43,606 bases of DNA from Salinibacterium sp. (GTDB taxonomy: Bacteria; Actinomycetota; Actinomycetes; Actinomycetales; Microbacteriaceae): the NCBI RefSeq assembly GCF_031368185.1, contig NZ_JANLRB010000441.1, one strand, 5' to 3'. This document shows, piece after piece, positions 18,891-29,285 of this stretch. Below the pieces are notes generated by a model. The model made no database searches, was not told where the DNA came from, and saw nothing but the letters and a program-made list of their open reading frames with translations. The stretch's first letter is position 1, and each line of letters begins with the position of its first letter. The position numbers were made by a program, and so were the translations under genes.

Positions 18891-20222
18891 TCAGAGCGAT
18901 GCGATCATCGCTTTGTAAAAGTCGATTCCGCGCAGGTAGGTCGCGACGTGGATCCGCTCGTTCTTCGCGTGCAGTGTCTCTCGCTCTTCGGTGGTGAGTT
19001 CGAATGGTGAAAATCGGTACACCCCGCGGCTGATCCCCGTGAAATGTCTGCTGTCTGTGGCGCCATTTTGCACGTAGGGCGTGACAATCGTGCCCGGGTA
19101 CACCTTCTCGATGGTGGTACGAACGAGTTCCCACGAGATTCCGGACACCAGCGACACCGGTGACGGCTCCCCGGCGTGGGTCACCTCGACTCGCACCTTC
19201 TCATCGGCGATCGCCTTCGTGACGTGCCTGACAGCGTCCTTGGTTGTGGACCCAACCGCCACGCGCACATTAACGGTTGCCGTCGCTCGCTCCGCGAGGG
19301 CGTTAACGGCCTGGCCGGCCTCCAACATGGTGACCGCCTGGGTCGTGCGGATCATGGCGTTCAGCTCGTCACCACGCCTACCGAAGATCGGCAGCAGGAG
19401 TAACCGCGTGAACCCCACATTTCTGAACAGGACGCCAATCAGGCCCGTGGCGTGGACACCCAACGTACGCACCATCTCAAGCGTCACCGGGTTGAACGAT
19501 GCAGGAAACGGGCGATCATTGAGTCTCACTATGGCCCTGGCGAGCCTGGCGGTGGCGCTTAGCCTCGGGGGAGTGGACGCGTGACCGCCCTGTTGGTCCA
19601 CCACCAGACGCAGTATCGTGCTGCCCTTCTCGGTGACTCCAACCACAGCGACAGGTGCCGCGACACCGGGGAACGCCCCCTCCACAATGGCGCCCCCCTC
19701 ATCAAGCACGAGTGCCGGCCGGATTCCCCGATGTTCGAAAAGATCGGCGATTGCTTTGGCCCCGGTTCCGCTGGTTTCCTCATCATGGCCAAAGCACAGG
19801 TAGATATCCTGAGCAGGCTGCAACCCGGACTCGAGTTGGTACTCCACCGCCTCAAGAATCGCGACGACAGCTCCCTTATCGTCCAGGGTTCCGCGACCCC
19901 AGAGGAGTTGCTCATCAGCCTTCCCGCTCAACTCTGCAGCGAAGGGTGGATGCTTCCATCCCACGTCCGTCGCCGCGACAACGTCGTAGTGACCCATGAG
20001 CACGCTCGGCTCGGCCGAGGATCGGCCAGGCCAACGAAAGAGCAACGAATACCCCGAAATGACCTCGCGATCCAGCCTGCGGTGCACGAGCGGAAATAAC
20101 TCCTGCAATTGGCTGAGGAAAAGGTCAAACTGCTCCCACTCCACCTCGCTTTCATCCTGCCGGGAGATCGTCGGAATGCGCAGTAGGGCCTGGAACCGAG
20201 CTAGCGCCGCATCAGTGGACAT
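18891..20222 (-). CDS. M20/M25/M40 metallopeptidase (carboxypeptidase S-like)
   Basis: GHYDVV, GRGTLDDKG, HDEE, DEGG, GHAS, TDSRHF, HAKNE. Confidence 0.93.
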   Translation of the reverse strand: MSTDAALARFQALLRIPTISRQDESEVEWEQFDLFLSQLQELFPLVHRRLDREVISGYSLLFRWPGRSSAEPSVLMGHYDVVAATDVGWKHPPFAAELSGKADEQLLWGRGTLDDKGAVVAILEAVEYQLESGLQPAQDIYLCFGHDEETSGTGAKAIADLFEHRGIRPALVLDEGGAIVEGAFPGVAAPVAVVGVTEKGSTILRLVVDQQGGHASTPPRLSATARLARAIVRLNDRPFPASFNPVTLEMVRTLGVHATGLIGVLFRNVGFTRLLLLPIFGRRGDELNAMIRTTQAVTMLEAGQAVNALAERATATVNVRVAVGSTTKDAVRHVTKAIADEKVRVEVTHAGEPSPVSLVSGISWELVRTTIEKVYPGTIVTPYVQNGATDSRHFTGISRGVYRFSPFELTTEERETLHAKNERIHVATYLRGIDFYKAMIASL

Positions 20223-20255
20223 GCTCCGACTCTAGCCAGCGGAAAGTGCGAACCG

Positions 20256-20633
20256 TTACGAACTACTCGACATGATCATGTAGCCGACGAACAGCACCAC
20301 AGTCAGGAGGATCGCGCCGAGAAACGGTCCACGCCAACTGGCGTGACCCGTCGCGACACGCACCAGGTAGACCAGCAGGGTGATCACCGCGATGATCGCG
20401 GAGCCGAACAGGGCAATCGCGAAACCGACCGAAACCGAGTCCGAGCTGGACGGGTTAGACGCGACCTCGGCGGAACCCGCGACAAAAAGTGCCGAGACCG
20501 CCAGGAATCCAATCAAAATCTGTGACACCAGGATGACCAGTCCGATGAGAGCATCCAACCCCCGGTCTGACCCGGTCAGCTTCTCTCGCCCGGTGAGCAC
20601 GACTGCGCCAGCGAAGTTCGTGTTGAGGGTCAT
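20256..20633 (-). CDS. Three-TM membrane protein
   Basis: Hydrophobic helices; TAAGCT-N6-ATG. Confidence 0.75.
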   Translation of the reverse strand: MTLNTNFAGAVVLTGREKLTGSDRGLDALIGLVILVSQILIGFLAVSALFVAGSAEVASNPSSSDSVSVGFAIALFGSAIIAVITLLVYLVRVATGHASWRGPFLGAILLTVVLFVGYMIMSSSS

Positions 20634-20689
20634 GGGGTCAGCTTACGGTGCGGCAGGATGACCGGAGCGGGGATCGTTAGAATCGTCAG

Positions 20690-21028
20690 GTGAGCGCCAC
20701 CTACCCGTCACCATCGCGTCGATCTGCGCTCGCCCCGGCACTGCTGGCGACGGTCGCACTGCTCATCGGGAGTGCGCTGATTACGAGTGACACCTTCACG
20801 GTCATCCGGTTCGTTGTCAGTATTTTCGCGCTGATCGTCGCAGTATTTGCCTGGCAGTCCGGGCAGTGGTGGTGGATTATCGGCCTCGCACCGATCGCGG
20901 TGCTGTGGAACCCAGTGTTGCCTATCGATCTCGAGCCGCCCGAGCTCTGGCTGGCTGTGCAGTTCATTGCGGCGGGTGTCTTCATCGGTGCGGGTGTCAG
21001 GATCACGGTTTCCGACAAATCAGCATAG
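20690..21028 (+). CDS. Small membrane protein (DUF6804-like)
   Basis: Hydrophobic with WWW..IAVLWNPV.PI motif; TAGAAT-N6-GTG. Confidence 0.8.
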   Translation: MSATYPSPSRRSALAPALLATVALLIGSALITSDTFTVIRFVVSIFALIVAVFAWQSGQWWWIIGLAPIAVLWNPVLPIDLEPPELWLAVQFIAAGVFIGAGVRITVSDKSA

Positions 21029-21231
21029 AATGTGACTAACGCTCGCCGGAGCCACCAATCGCATCGCGAATGGGTCTGGATCACCTGGTAGGCGCCGTCG
21101 CCGGATCGGACGGTCCGTGGCACCACACGTAGTCAGCTTTCACGCAGTCAGATTCATGCAGTCAGCACCAACCAAGTCAGTATCCAGACCCGGGGATACC
21201 CACCCCGGGCATGGCCTGCACAGGAGAAGAA
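21026..21231 (+). promoter_or_regulatory. Promoter and long structured 5' leader of the helicase gene
   Basis: TAGAAT at 21026-21031; several hairpins; AGTCAG x4; AGGAG RBS before TTG 21232. Confidence 0.55.
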
Positions 21232-23445
21232 TTGACACCTTCGGGACAGTCCGAGCCGAGCCAGCGCCAGAAGCGCCAGCGACCCGCGAAGCAGGGCTCC
21301 GGCCAGCGCCAGCCGGGCGGGCAACAGCGCCGCCGGGTGCGACCAGGAGACGACATCGGTGTCATCCCGGTACTTGCTCGGGCAGCACGCGAGGTCGAGA
21401 CCGCTGTGCAGAAAGGTCCACTAAAGCCGGCAAATCGCGCGCGGTTCCAGGTTGCGACGCTGTTGCTGAGGGAGGAGCGAGCCAGGGTCAAGGTTGATAG
21501 GTCGCTGACTGACTCCGAGCGCGCCAACGAGCAAAAGCGGCTCGACGGCCTCGCTGGAATACTCGCGAAGACCGCGGCGCGCGACACAAGTCTGATCGTG
21601 ATGCTGGGCGATGACGCCCCCGTCACCTCAGCCGCCAAGGCGCTTCGACGTGACCTCCTCATTGCGGCCGGGGTTGAACTGAGCGCCGACGAACTGGTCA
21701 TCGCGACAGAGCCGAAGCCCGTGGATAAACAGGTTGAAAAGCAGGTTGTGCCGGCATCCGTGCGCCAGATGCAGATGTCAAACCCCTTCCTCGCACCCGA
21801 TTTCAGTAACATGAGCGCTGCACCGGAACGAGTCAACCGGCTGGGCAACTGGGAACTCATCGAACCGTTGTTCCGCTCATTCGAATACGGGGCGGGCGGT
21901 GGGGCGGCCACGATGGACCTACCCGAAGCCACATCGCTTCGCACCCGCGGCAACCTCGAGATGATGCGTCACCAGGCGCGGTTCATCGAAGAGGTCAAAA
22001 CCGGCCACCGCACCTTCCTGCTGGCGGATGAACCGGGACTGGGCAAGACGGCGGAGGCTTTGCTCGCAGCAGAGGCATCACTGTCGTACCCTCTCCTGGT
22101 CGTGGTGCCGAATGTCGTCAAGACGAACTGGGCACGCGAGGTCGAACTGTGGACGCCGGGCCGAACGGCCACGGTCGTGCACGGCGATGGCAAAGATGTC
22201 GATGCTTTCAGTGACGTGGTCATCGTCAACTACGAGATTCTCGACCGCCACGTGGGCTGGCTGGGTCGTTTCGGCTTCAAGGGCATGGTCGTCGACGAGG
22301 CGCACTTCATCAAGAACCTCAAGTCAGAGCGCTCCAAGCATGTTCTCGCCCTGTCGAAGAACATCAGGGCGAGCTTCCCGAAGGCGTTGCTGATGGCGCT
22401 CACGGGTACCCCCTTGATCAATTCGATCGAGGATTTCCGGGCGATCTGGCAGTTCCTCGGCTGGATTGATGAGAAGAAGCCGCTCGCCAGGCTCATGGAC
22501 AAACTCGAAGACACGGGCTTGACGCCGGCAGATCTGGGGTTCTTTTCCGAAGCGCGCCACGCCGTGGTCGAGATGGGTATCGTGCGTCGCAAGAAGGTGG
22601 ATGTCGCGGCCGACATCCCTGCGCGCCGCATCGCCGACATTCCGGTCGAGCTCGATGACGACCTTGGTCGCTCGATCCGTGCGGCCGAGGCGGCCCTGAC
22701 GGCGCGACTCGTGGAACGTTTCCGGCGGGTGCGCGGCCTGAAGCCGGACGCGACTGACGCCGACCTCATCCGGGTCGTGGCCCATGCGGAGCTCGACGAG
22801 TCCAAAGGCGCCAGTACCGGCGAGAACGTCTTTACGATGGTGCGGCGCATCGGCCAGGCGAAGGCCACTCTTGCCGCCGACTACACGGCCCAGCTGGCCA
22901 GGTCCGTCGGTAAGGTGGTGTTCTTCGCGAAGCACATCGATGTGATGGATACTGCAGAGGCGCACTTTGCGAAGGTTGGACTCACGTCGGTGTCGATTCG
23001 CGGGGACCAGAGCCCGAAGGCGCGCCAAGCCGCTATTGACTCCTTCGCCGATGATCCGGGCGTCTCGGTGGTGGTTGCCTCGCTGACCGCCGCCGGTGTG
23101 GGGCTCAACCTGCAGGCGGCGTCGAACGTCGTGCTCGCTGAGCTCAGCTGGACCAGCGCGGAGCAGACCCAGGCGATTGATCGGGTGCATCGGATTGGCC
23201 AGGATCTTCCGGTGACAGCGTGGCGCATCATCGCCGCGCACACCATCGACGCCAGGATCGCAGAACTCATCGACAGCAAGGCCGGCCTTGCCGCTCGCGC
23301 CCTCGACGGATCAGACGACGAGGTCACCGCCGAGTCCAATATCCAACTCGAAGCGCTGTCCAGCCTACTTCGAGATGCCATCAGCGCTGGCGCCGCATCC
23401 ACTCCACAGCGCCGCGTGCGCCCTACTGTCGACGTCAGCACGTGA
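21232..23445 (+). CDS. SNF2-like (DEAH-box) helicase
   Basis: LADEPGLGKT, DEAH, LTGTP..N, GVGLNLQ, QAIDRVHRIGQ; start placed at TTG 21232 from the RBS. Confidence 0.92.
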   Translation: MTPSGQSEPSQRQKRQRPAKQGSGQRQPGGQQRRRVRPGDDIGVIPVLARAAREVETAVQKGPLKPANRARFQVATLLLREERARVKVDRSLTDSERANEQKRLDGLAGILAKTAARDTSLIVMLGDDAPVTSAAKALRRDLLIAAGVELSADELVIATEPKPVDKQVEKQVVPASVRQMQMSNPFLAPDFSNMSAAPERVNRLGNWELIEPLFRSFEYGAGGGAATMDLPEATSLRTRGNLEMMRHQARFIEEVKTGHRTFLLADEPGLGKTAEALLAAEASLSYPLLVVVPNVVKTNWAREVELWTPGRTATVVHGDGKDVDAFSDVVIVNYEILDRHVGWLGRFGFKGMVVDEAHFIKNLKSERSKHVLALSKNIRASFPKALLMALTGTPLINSIEDFRAIWQFLGWIDEKKPLARLMDKLEDTGLTPADLGFFSEARHAVVEMGIVRRKKVDVAADIPARRIADIPVELDDDLGRSIRAAEAALTARLVERFRRVRGLKPDATDADLIRVVAHAELDESKGASTGENVFTMVRRIGQAKATLAADYTAQLARSVGKVVFFAKHIDVMDTAEAHFAKVGLTSVSIRGDQSPKARQAAIDSFADDPGVSVVVASLTAAGVGLNLQAASNVVLAELSWTSAEQTQAIDRVHRIGQDLPVTAWRIIAAHTIDARIAELIDSKAGLAARALDGSDDEVTAESNIQLEALSSLLRDAISAGAASTPQRRVRPTVDVST

Positions 23446-25052
23446 AGACCCCGCTGAGCGTCATCGGGTCCGCGACGCACTCACGTCTCCTCGGTCGGGA
23501 AGACGTGGTTTTTCGGAAGGGTCGCTTCACGCTGCTCAATGAGTCGCTTTCGCCGCGGGATGCCACGGCGGCGGACCTCGTCGCCATTCACGATGCGCTC
23601 GATGAGGCCGGCATCCAGCACCTCCTCGTCCGCCGGGATGACGACCGCGCGGTAATTGCCGTCGACAAGGCCAGGAGCGCCGAGACCGCAGCGGCTCTGG
23701 CCACGGCATTCGCGGCCGAACCGTTCTACGCTCGTGTCGGGTCAGACCCGGCGTCCCTCGTGGGCGAGGGAGTGCTCTCCCGTGCCAGCGAACCCACCGT
23801 GATCAGGCTGTACCGCCCCAGGATGAGCAGCAGGGGTCGACTGCGCTACGGGGCGTCGACCGGGGTCAGGCTGGAGTTCTGGGAGTTCGCACCGGACGTC
23901 ATTCACGCGCCGGCAGAGAACGCCCTGATGCGTCGCAGCCTGCCGCGCAGTGAGGCGATCGACGCAACCGTCGAATTGCACGATCGAACCTGGTCAACCC
24001 TCGGGGGCATGTTCGACATGCTGGCCAGCGACGTCACCTTCGACATTGACATGGTGTTCTCCTGGGTCGATGGCTCGTCGTCCGAGTTTCAACGGGCTCG
24101 GGCCCAGCGCATGGAGGCATATGTCGTCGGTGATGGCGACGATTCGGATGCCCGTTTTCGCCAGATTGACGAACTCAGGTTCGCCCTGCGCAGCGTCTAT
24201 CTCTACGCGCCGTGGGTTCGTCGGATCTTCATCGCGACCGACTCTCCGACTCCGGCCTGGCTGGCAGACCACCCTCGCGTCACGATCGTGCGCAGCGAAG
24301 AATTCTTTACGGACCTTGATGCGCTGCCGACTCACAATTCGCATGCCGTCGAAAGCCAATTGCATCGGATTGAGGGGTTGAGCGAACACTTCCTGTACTC
24401 CAATGACGACATGTTTTTCGGGCGCCCGGTTCGGCCCGATATGTTCTTCTCGCCGGGAGGAATTACCAGATTCATCGAGGCGACCACGCGGATAGGACTG
24501 GGCGAACCCAATCCCGAGCGAAGCGGGTTCGAGAACGCGGCGCGCGTGAACAGGGCGTTGCTGCAGCGTAGGTTCGGTCGCATCACGACACGACACCTCG
24601 AGCATGCTGCGACGCCCCTGCGACGGAGTGTCATGGCGGAGCTTGAGCGCGAGTTTCCGGAGGATTTCGCGCGCACGGCGGCGAGCGCCTTCCGCTCGAG
24701 CTCAGACATCTCGGTCACGAATTCTCTGTACCACTACTACGCCCTGATGACGGGTCGAGCGGTGGTGCAGACCGAGGCACACGTTCGCTACATCGAGACC
24801 ACTCTCGCCACCGCGGCCTCGGAAATGGACGACATTCTCAAACATCGCGATTACGACTTCTTCTGCCTTAATGACGGCAGTAAGCCTGAGATCTCGGTGG
24901 CGAAACGCACCAGGAATGTGCGTGTGTTCCTCGAGCGATACTTCAGCATTCCCGCCGTGTGGGAGAAGCCGACCGAGCCGACCCCCGCGCGCGCTAGACC
25001 TGTACGCGGATCGGCATCGTCATCGGTGGCTCGGGAGCTACCGGCGGGTTGA
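23442..25052 (+). CDS. Stealth family sugar-phosphotransferase (CpsY-like)
   Basis: CR1 [12 protein letters not shown]2 [27 protein letters not shown]3 H..TPL, CR4 FFCLND; GTGA overlap with the helicase. Confidence 0.93.
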   Translation: MKTPLSVIGSATHSRLLGREDVVFRKGRFTLLNESLSPRDATAADLVAIHDALDEAGIQHLLVRRDDDRAVIAVDKARSAETAAALATAFAAEPFYARVGSDPASLVGEGVLSRASEPTVIRLYRPRMSSRGRLRYGASTGVRLEFWEFAPDVIHAPAENALMRRSLPRSEAIDATVELHDRTWSTLGGMFDMLASDVTFDIDMVFSWVDGSSSEFQRARAQRMEAYVVGDGDDSDARFRQIDELRFALRSVYLYAPWVRRIFIATDSPTPAWLADHPRVTIVRSEEFFTDLDALPTHNSHAVESQLHRIEGLSEHFLYSNDDMFFGRPVRPDMFFSPGGITRFIEATTRIGLGEPNPERSGFENAARVNRALLQRRFGRITTRHLEHAATPLRRSVMAELEREFPEDFARTAASAFRSSSDISVTNSLYHYYALMTGRAVVQTEAHVRYIETTLATAASEMDDILKHRDYDFFCLNDGSKPEISVAKRTRNVRVFLERYFSIPAVWEKPTEPTPARARPVRGSASSSVARELPAG

Positions 25053-25932
25053 GCCGGTGTGAGATGTGGATGCCGGATGCCTCGAGCCGGCGTGTCGACT
25101 CCGCGGCGTCGATGTACTCAAGCGCGGCGTGCTCCCCGATCGGCACCACGGAGTGCAGCACGGTGTCCTCATACACATGCACGAGGTTGAAAGCACGAGC
25201 GCCGTCCCGACCGCGAGTGCCACCGACGGGCACGCTGAGATCCTGGGTGTAGCAGGTTGCCGATGCCACCGAGACGGGAATGCCTGCGAAGGTGCCGGTC
25301 GAGCTGTAATGAAGGTGGCCAGCCAGGATGGCGCGGACGTCTGAACCGAACAGCACCTCTGCGAGCCCGGCCTGGTCGCGTAATTCGACCGCGACCGCCA
25401 GGTCGAGCACGCTCGGCAGGGGCGGGTGGTGCATGGCCAATATTGTGCCGTGGGCAGCCGGGGTCGAAAGTTCTTCGGCAAGCCAGTCGAGCTGTGCGCC
25501 CGTCACCTCGCCGTGATGGTGGCCGGGAACGCTGGAGTCGAGAGTGATGATCCGTAGGCCATTGACGTCATACACGCGATCGACGGGGCGGGTGCTGGGT
25601 GGCTCGGCGAACAGCCGCTCACGGAATGAGGTGCGATCGTCGTGGTTTCCCATCACCCAGATGACCTGGGCACCCAGTCTCGCCGCGACGGGCTCGACCA
25701 GTGCTCGCAGCCGGTCGTAGGCATCCGGTTCGCCCTTATCGGCAAGGTCGCCGGTGAAGATGATCGCCTCGGGACGACCCCCGGACGCTTCGAGCTGGTC
25801 GAGGAGCTGGCGCAGGTGGAGTTCGCTATTGACGGTGCCGTAGAGGCTGTTTCCCCCTCCCAGCAGATGGGTGTCGCTGAGATGGAGCAGGAAATGGTCC
25901 GGCCGAGGATACTCGGAAGTTCGGATGATCAC
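24994..25932 (-). CDS. cpdA: Cyclic-nucleotide phosphodiesterase/metallophosphoesterase (CpdA/Icc family)
   Basis: SDTH, TGDL, GNHD, MHHPP, GHLH motifs. Confidence 0.88.
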   Translation of the reverse strand: MIIRTSEYPRPDHFLLHLSDTHLLGGGNSLYGTVNSELHLRQLLDQLEASGGRPEAIIFTGDLADKGEPDAYDRLRALVEPVAARLGAQVIWVMGNHDDRTSFRERLFAEPPSTRPVDRVYDVNGLRIITLDSSVPGHHHGEVTGAQLDWLAEELSTPAAHGTILAMHHPPLPSVLDLAVAVELRDQAGLAEVLFGSDVRAILAGHLHYSSTGTFAGIPVSVASATCYTQDLSVPVGGTRGRDGARAFNLVHVYEDTVLHSVVPIGEHAALEYIDAAESTRRLEASGIHISHRLNPPVAPEPPMTMPIRVQV

Positions 25933-26106
25933 GGTGCATCCATTCGGGTCACGGTGCGTTCGGCGCGAGCGCACTTGCTGTACTGAAGTGCATCAGCACA
26001 CCGTTAGTTCGGAGCGGACGTCACCGGCGATTCCCAGAATTGTTCATCTCGCGTTCAGTTCTCTACGCCGAGGTGCTTAGAAGGTCCCGGTTCACAACCA
26101 CCGTCA

Positions 26107-27480
26107 TCAGCGGGCGACCCTCGTGCACAGCCGTTCAATGGCGTCGACCGGTATCGACAGCCATCCAGGCCGGTTTCGTGCCTCGTACACCGTTTCATAC
26201 AGCGCCTTATCGAGCTCGAACGCATCAATAAGAGCCCGGTGGTGCCGGATGTCGCAGCCTGATGCCGCGCCGTAACCCTCCTCGAAAGCTGCCCTCGCTG
26301 TCGTGCTCCACTCGGGTGCCGGCGCGGCACCGCCCACGGCCAGCGAACCACACACGTAGTCAAAGGATCGCAGCATGCTTGCGATGTCACGCATCGGGCT
26401 GTCAAGCCTGCTGCGCTCGCGCATCGGGCGCATCGGTTCACCCTCGAAGTCAATAATGACCCAGCCGTGGTGCGGTACCGCCAACACCTGCCCGAGGTGG
26501 AAGTCGCCATGAATGCGCTGCAAAACGGGCCATGAGACGCTGGCGGCCTGCGCAAAGACCTGACGGATGGCAGGGCCGAAGCGTTCAAGCTCGGGGACCT
26601 CGGCGATGGCGGCAGCCAGGCGACCGTTCATGCTCTCGATCACCGCCTCGACATCGGCCGGCGTGACCTCGCTGGTAGGCATACTCGCCGCGAGCGTGGC
26701 GTGAACCCCGGCAGTGGCAATTCCGAGCGATCTCGCCTCGACCGAGAAGCCAGTCCCTTCGGCCGCTGCGGCCAGGGCGACGCGCCACGCATCCTGCACC
26801 CCCGGCAGGAACTCCTGGGCAAACGCGAGATGACCCGTGGCACGCCCGCTACTCTCGCCGCGATCACTCCATTCCGCCACGATGTGACCGACGGGTTGCG
26901 GAACCGTCGGCGAGCCGGCCTGGGCAAGGGCGGTCTGCAACACCACATCCGGATTATCTCCATCGTGGAGCGACCGAAACACTTTGCAGATCACGGGAGT
27001 TTCGCCCTCGTGCTCGAAAATGATCGAAGTGTTGGATTGCTCTCCCGTCAGTACCCGAGAAACCAGGCCGCGGCCGACCCGGGGAGCCGTGCGCTTTCCC
27101 AGTGCCCACATTTGGTCGCCGGTTGACTCGGAACCGAGCGAAATGAAGTCAAGCAGTCCGGTCGTATAGGCAGGGTCGAACGGTCCGTCGTATACCGAGA
27201 ATCCGTCGAACTCGCCGATCAGGGCGGTCGGGTTGGCGAGCGGTACCGATCGGTAGGTGAGGGGCACCTGGTACAGCGCCGGCGTGCCGACGGTGTGGTC
27301 GAGAAGCAGATGGGTGGTGACCCGGATGCCGGGCTCTGACTGTTCGAGATCCCAGGTGCCTATCTGCTCAAGAGCGGGCGCGGCACCCCGATTGGCGAAC
27401 CAGCGCTGGCGGGTCATCCATGGGGCGAGAAATGCCAGGAAGGGGGCCGGATCGGGTGTGATCGCCGGGGTCGAAGTCAT
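26107..27480 (-). CDS. Maltokinase (Mak/Pep2-like)
   Basis: QRWF, EQSNTS, RIHGDFHLGQVL, DFEGEP, DIASMLRSFDY, KALYE..YE. Confidence 0.9.
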   Translation of the reverse strand: MTSTPAITPDPAPFLAFLAPWMTRQRWFANRGAAPALEQIGTWDLEQSEPGIRVTTHLLLDHTVGTPALYQVPLTYRSVPLANPTALIGEFDGFSVYDGPFDPAYTTGLLDFISLGSESTGDQMWALGKRTAPRVGRGLVSRVLTGEQSNTSIIFEHEGETPVICKVFRSLHDGDNPDVVLQTALAQAGSPTVPQPVGHIVAEWSDRGESSGRATGHLAFAQEFLPGVQDAWRVALAAAAEGTGFSVEARSLGIATAGVHATLAASMPTSEVTPADVEAVIESMNGRLAAAIAEVPELERFGPAIRQVFAQAASVSWPVLQRIHGDFHLGQVLAVPHHGWVIIDFEGEPMRPMRERSRLDSPMRDIASMLRSFDYVCGSLAVGGAAPAPEWSTTARAAFEEGYGAASGCDIRHHRALIDAFELDKALYETVYEARNRPGWLSIPVDAIERLCTRVAR

Positions 27481-27612
27481 ATTCCAGACTAGCCACGCGA
27501 ACGTCGAGGTGGTCAAGGGCTTGTAGCGTTAGGTCGGTCGTGGCACGACCATAGTCACGACACTCAGGAGCCGGCGGACGGGCCACAAACCGCGATTCAC
27601 GCCGGCCAGCGC

Positions 27613-27628
27613 CCCGTAGACTTACGGG
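27613..27628. promoter_or_regulatory. Palindrome over the aspA -10 box (candidate operator)
   Basis: CCCGTA-GACT-TACGGG contains TAGACT (27617-27622). Confidence 0.4.
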
Positions 27629-27653
27629 ATCGCCAGTCAAGGGAGATTAGTCG

Positions 27654-29285
27654 ATGGATCACACGCCACAAGCGTCAATACCCACCCGTGCAGAACCCAC
27701 ACGTACAGCAGCATCAGCCGATCACAACCAGAGTTATCACGGCCAGAGCTACCACAGCCAGCACGATCGCAGCACGGATTCGGCACAGAGCATCGCCGGG
27801 GATGAGAACTCTCCCCGCAGGGCATATGAGACCGCACTCGAGCTGACAGACGGAACCCGCGACGAGAGCGACTCTCTCGGGAGCATGGCGATTCCGTCTT
27901 CGGCCTATTGGGGCATCCACACCGCCCGCGCCCTGGAAAACTTCCCGATCACGCGGCGCGCCATCTACAACTATCCCGACCTGATCAGAGCGCTGGCGAG
28001 GGTGAAGCAGGCCGCTGCCAGGGCGAACGCCGAAATCGGCGTGCTGGATGCGCGCAAGGCCGGCGTCATCGACCAGGTCTGCCAGGAGATCATCGATGGC
28101 GAACTTCACGCGGAATTCAGGGTTGGGGTGATCCAGGGGGGTGCGGGAACATCCACGAACATGAATGCGAACGAGGTCATAGCCAACCGCGGACTCGAGT
28201 TGATGGGGTTTGAGAAGGGTGATTACGCGCAACTCAGCCCGATCGACGACGTCAACCGCAGCCAGAGCACCAACGACGTATATCCGACTGCGATAAAGCT
28301 GGCAATGGTCTTCGGGCTGCAACGACTTCTCGCCGAGCATAAGTTGCTCACCGGCGCATTCGCGGCAAAGGGCCGCGAATTTAACCAGATTCTCAAAATC
28401 GGTCGAACGCAGCTTCAGGATGCAGTGCCGATGACGCTGGGCCAAGAGTTCACCGGCTTCTCGCATACCCTCGCGGAGGACTACGACCGCCTCAGTGAGA
28501 CTATTCCGTGGCTCAACGAGATCAACATGGGTGCCACCGCAATTGGCACCGGAATCACGGCGGACTCGCGCTATGCGGCCGCCGTGTGCCGCCACCTGAT
28601 CGAGATCACGGGAATCCACATGGAGACGGCGCCTGACCTCATTGAGGCGACCAGCGACGCGGGCATTTTCATGACCGTCAGCGGGGTGTTGAAGCGCGCC
28701 GCGGTCAAATTGTCGAAGATCTGCAACGACCTTAGGCTGTTGTCGAGCGGGCCGCAGGCAGGCATTGGTGAGATCAACCTTCCCCCACGCCAGGCCGGTT
28801 CGTCGATCATGCCCGGCAAGGTGAACCCCGTGATTCCCGAGGTGGTCAACCAGGTCGCCTTCAGCGTCATCGGAGCGGACGCGACGGTCACGGCCGCGGC
28901 GGAGGGGGGCCAACTGCAACTGAATGCCTTCGAGCCCGTGATTGCGCACAGCATCCTGCAATCACTGTCATGGATGACGAACGCCTGCTACACCCTGCGC
29001 GTCAACTGTGTTGATGGAATCACCGCCAATATTGAGCGGCTCGCGATGCAGGTCGAGACGAGTGTCGGCGTCGTGACCGCTCTGACGCCCTACATCGGAT
29101 ACGCCGCAGCGGCAACGCTCGCCCACAGCGCGCTCACCACTCAGGCATCGATCGCAGATCTCGTGGTCTCGTCCGGGCTGATGACCGCCGAGAAGGTTGC
29201 GCAGGTGCTGTCTCCAGAACGACTCAGCGGGATGGTGCCGATCACCGCCGCGATTACGCTACCGGTGTTGCCACACCAGGATTAG
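27654..29285 (+). CDS. aspA: Aspartate ammonia-lyase
   Basis: QGGAGTSTNMNANE, SQSTND, GRTQLQDAVP, GSSIMPGKVNPV, QLNAFEP; AAGGGAG RBS. Confidence 0.93.
   Translation: MDHTPQASIPTRAEPTRTAASADHNQSYHGQSYHSQHDRSTDSAQSIAGDENSPRRAYETALELTDGTRDESDSLGSMAIPSSAYWGIHTARALENFPITRRAIYNYPDLIRALARVKQAAARANAEIGVLDARKAGVIDQVCQEIIDGELHAEFRVGVIQGGAGTSTNMNANEVIANRGLELMGFEKGDYAQLSPIDDVNRSQSTNDVYPTAIKLAMVFGLQRLLAEHKLLTGAFAAKGREFNQILKIGRTQLQDAVPMTLGQEFTGFSHTLAEDYDRLSETIPWLNEINMGATAIGTGITADSRYAAAVCRHLIEITGIHMETAPDLIEATSDAGIFMTVSGVLKRAAVKLSKICNDLRLLSSGPQAGIGEINLPPRQAGSSIMPGKVNPVIPEVVNQVAFSVIGADATVTAAAEGGQLQLNAFEPVIAHSILQSLSWMTNACYTLRVNCVDGITANIERLAMQVETSVGVVTALTPYIGYAAAATLAHSALTTQASIADLVVSSGLMTAEKVAQVLSPERLSGMVPITAAITLPVLPHQD

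Noticed and set aside
21131-21180. Possible mini-CRISPR
   Set aside because: 6-nt repeats with 8-9-nt spacers are far too short, and there are no cas genes
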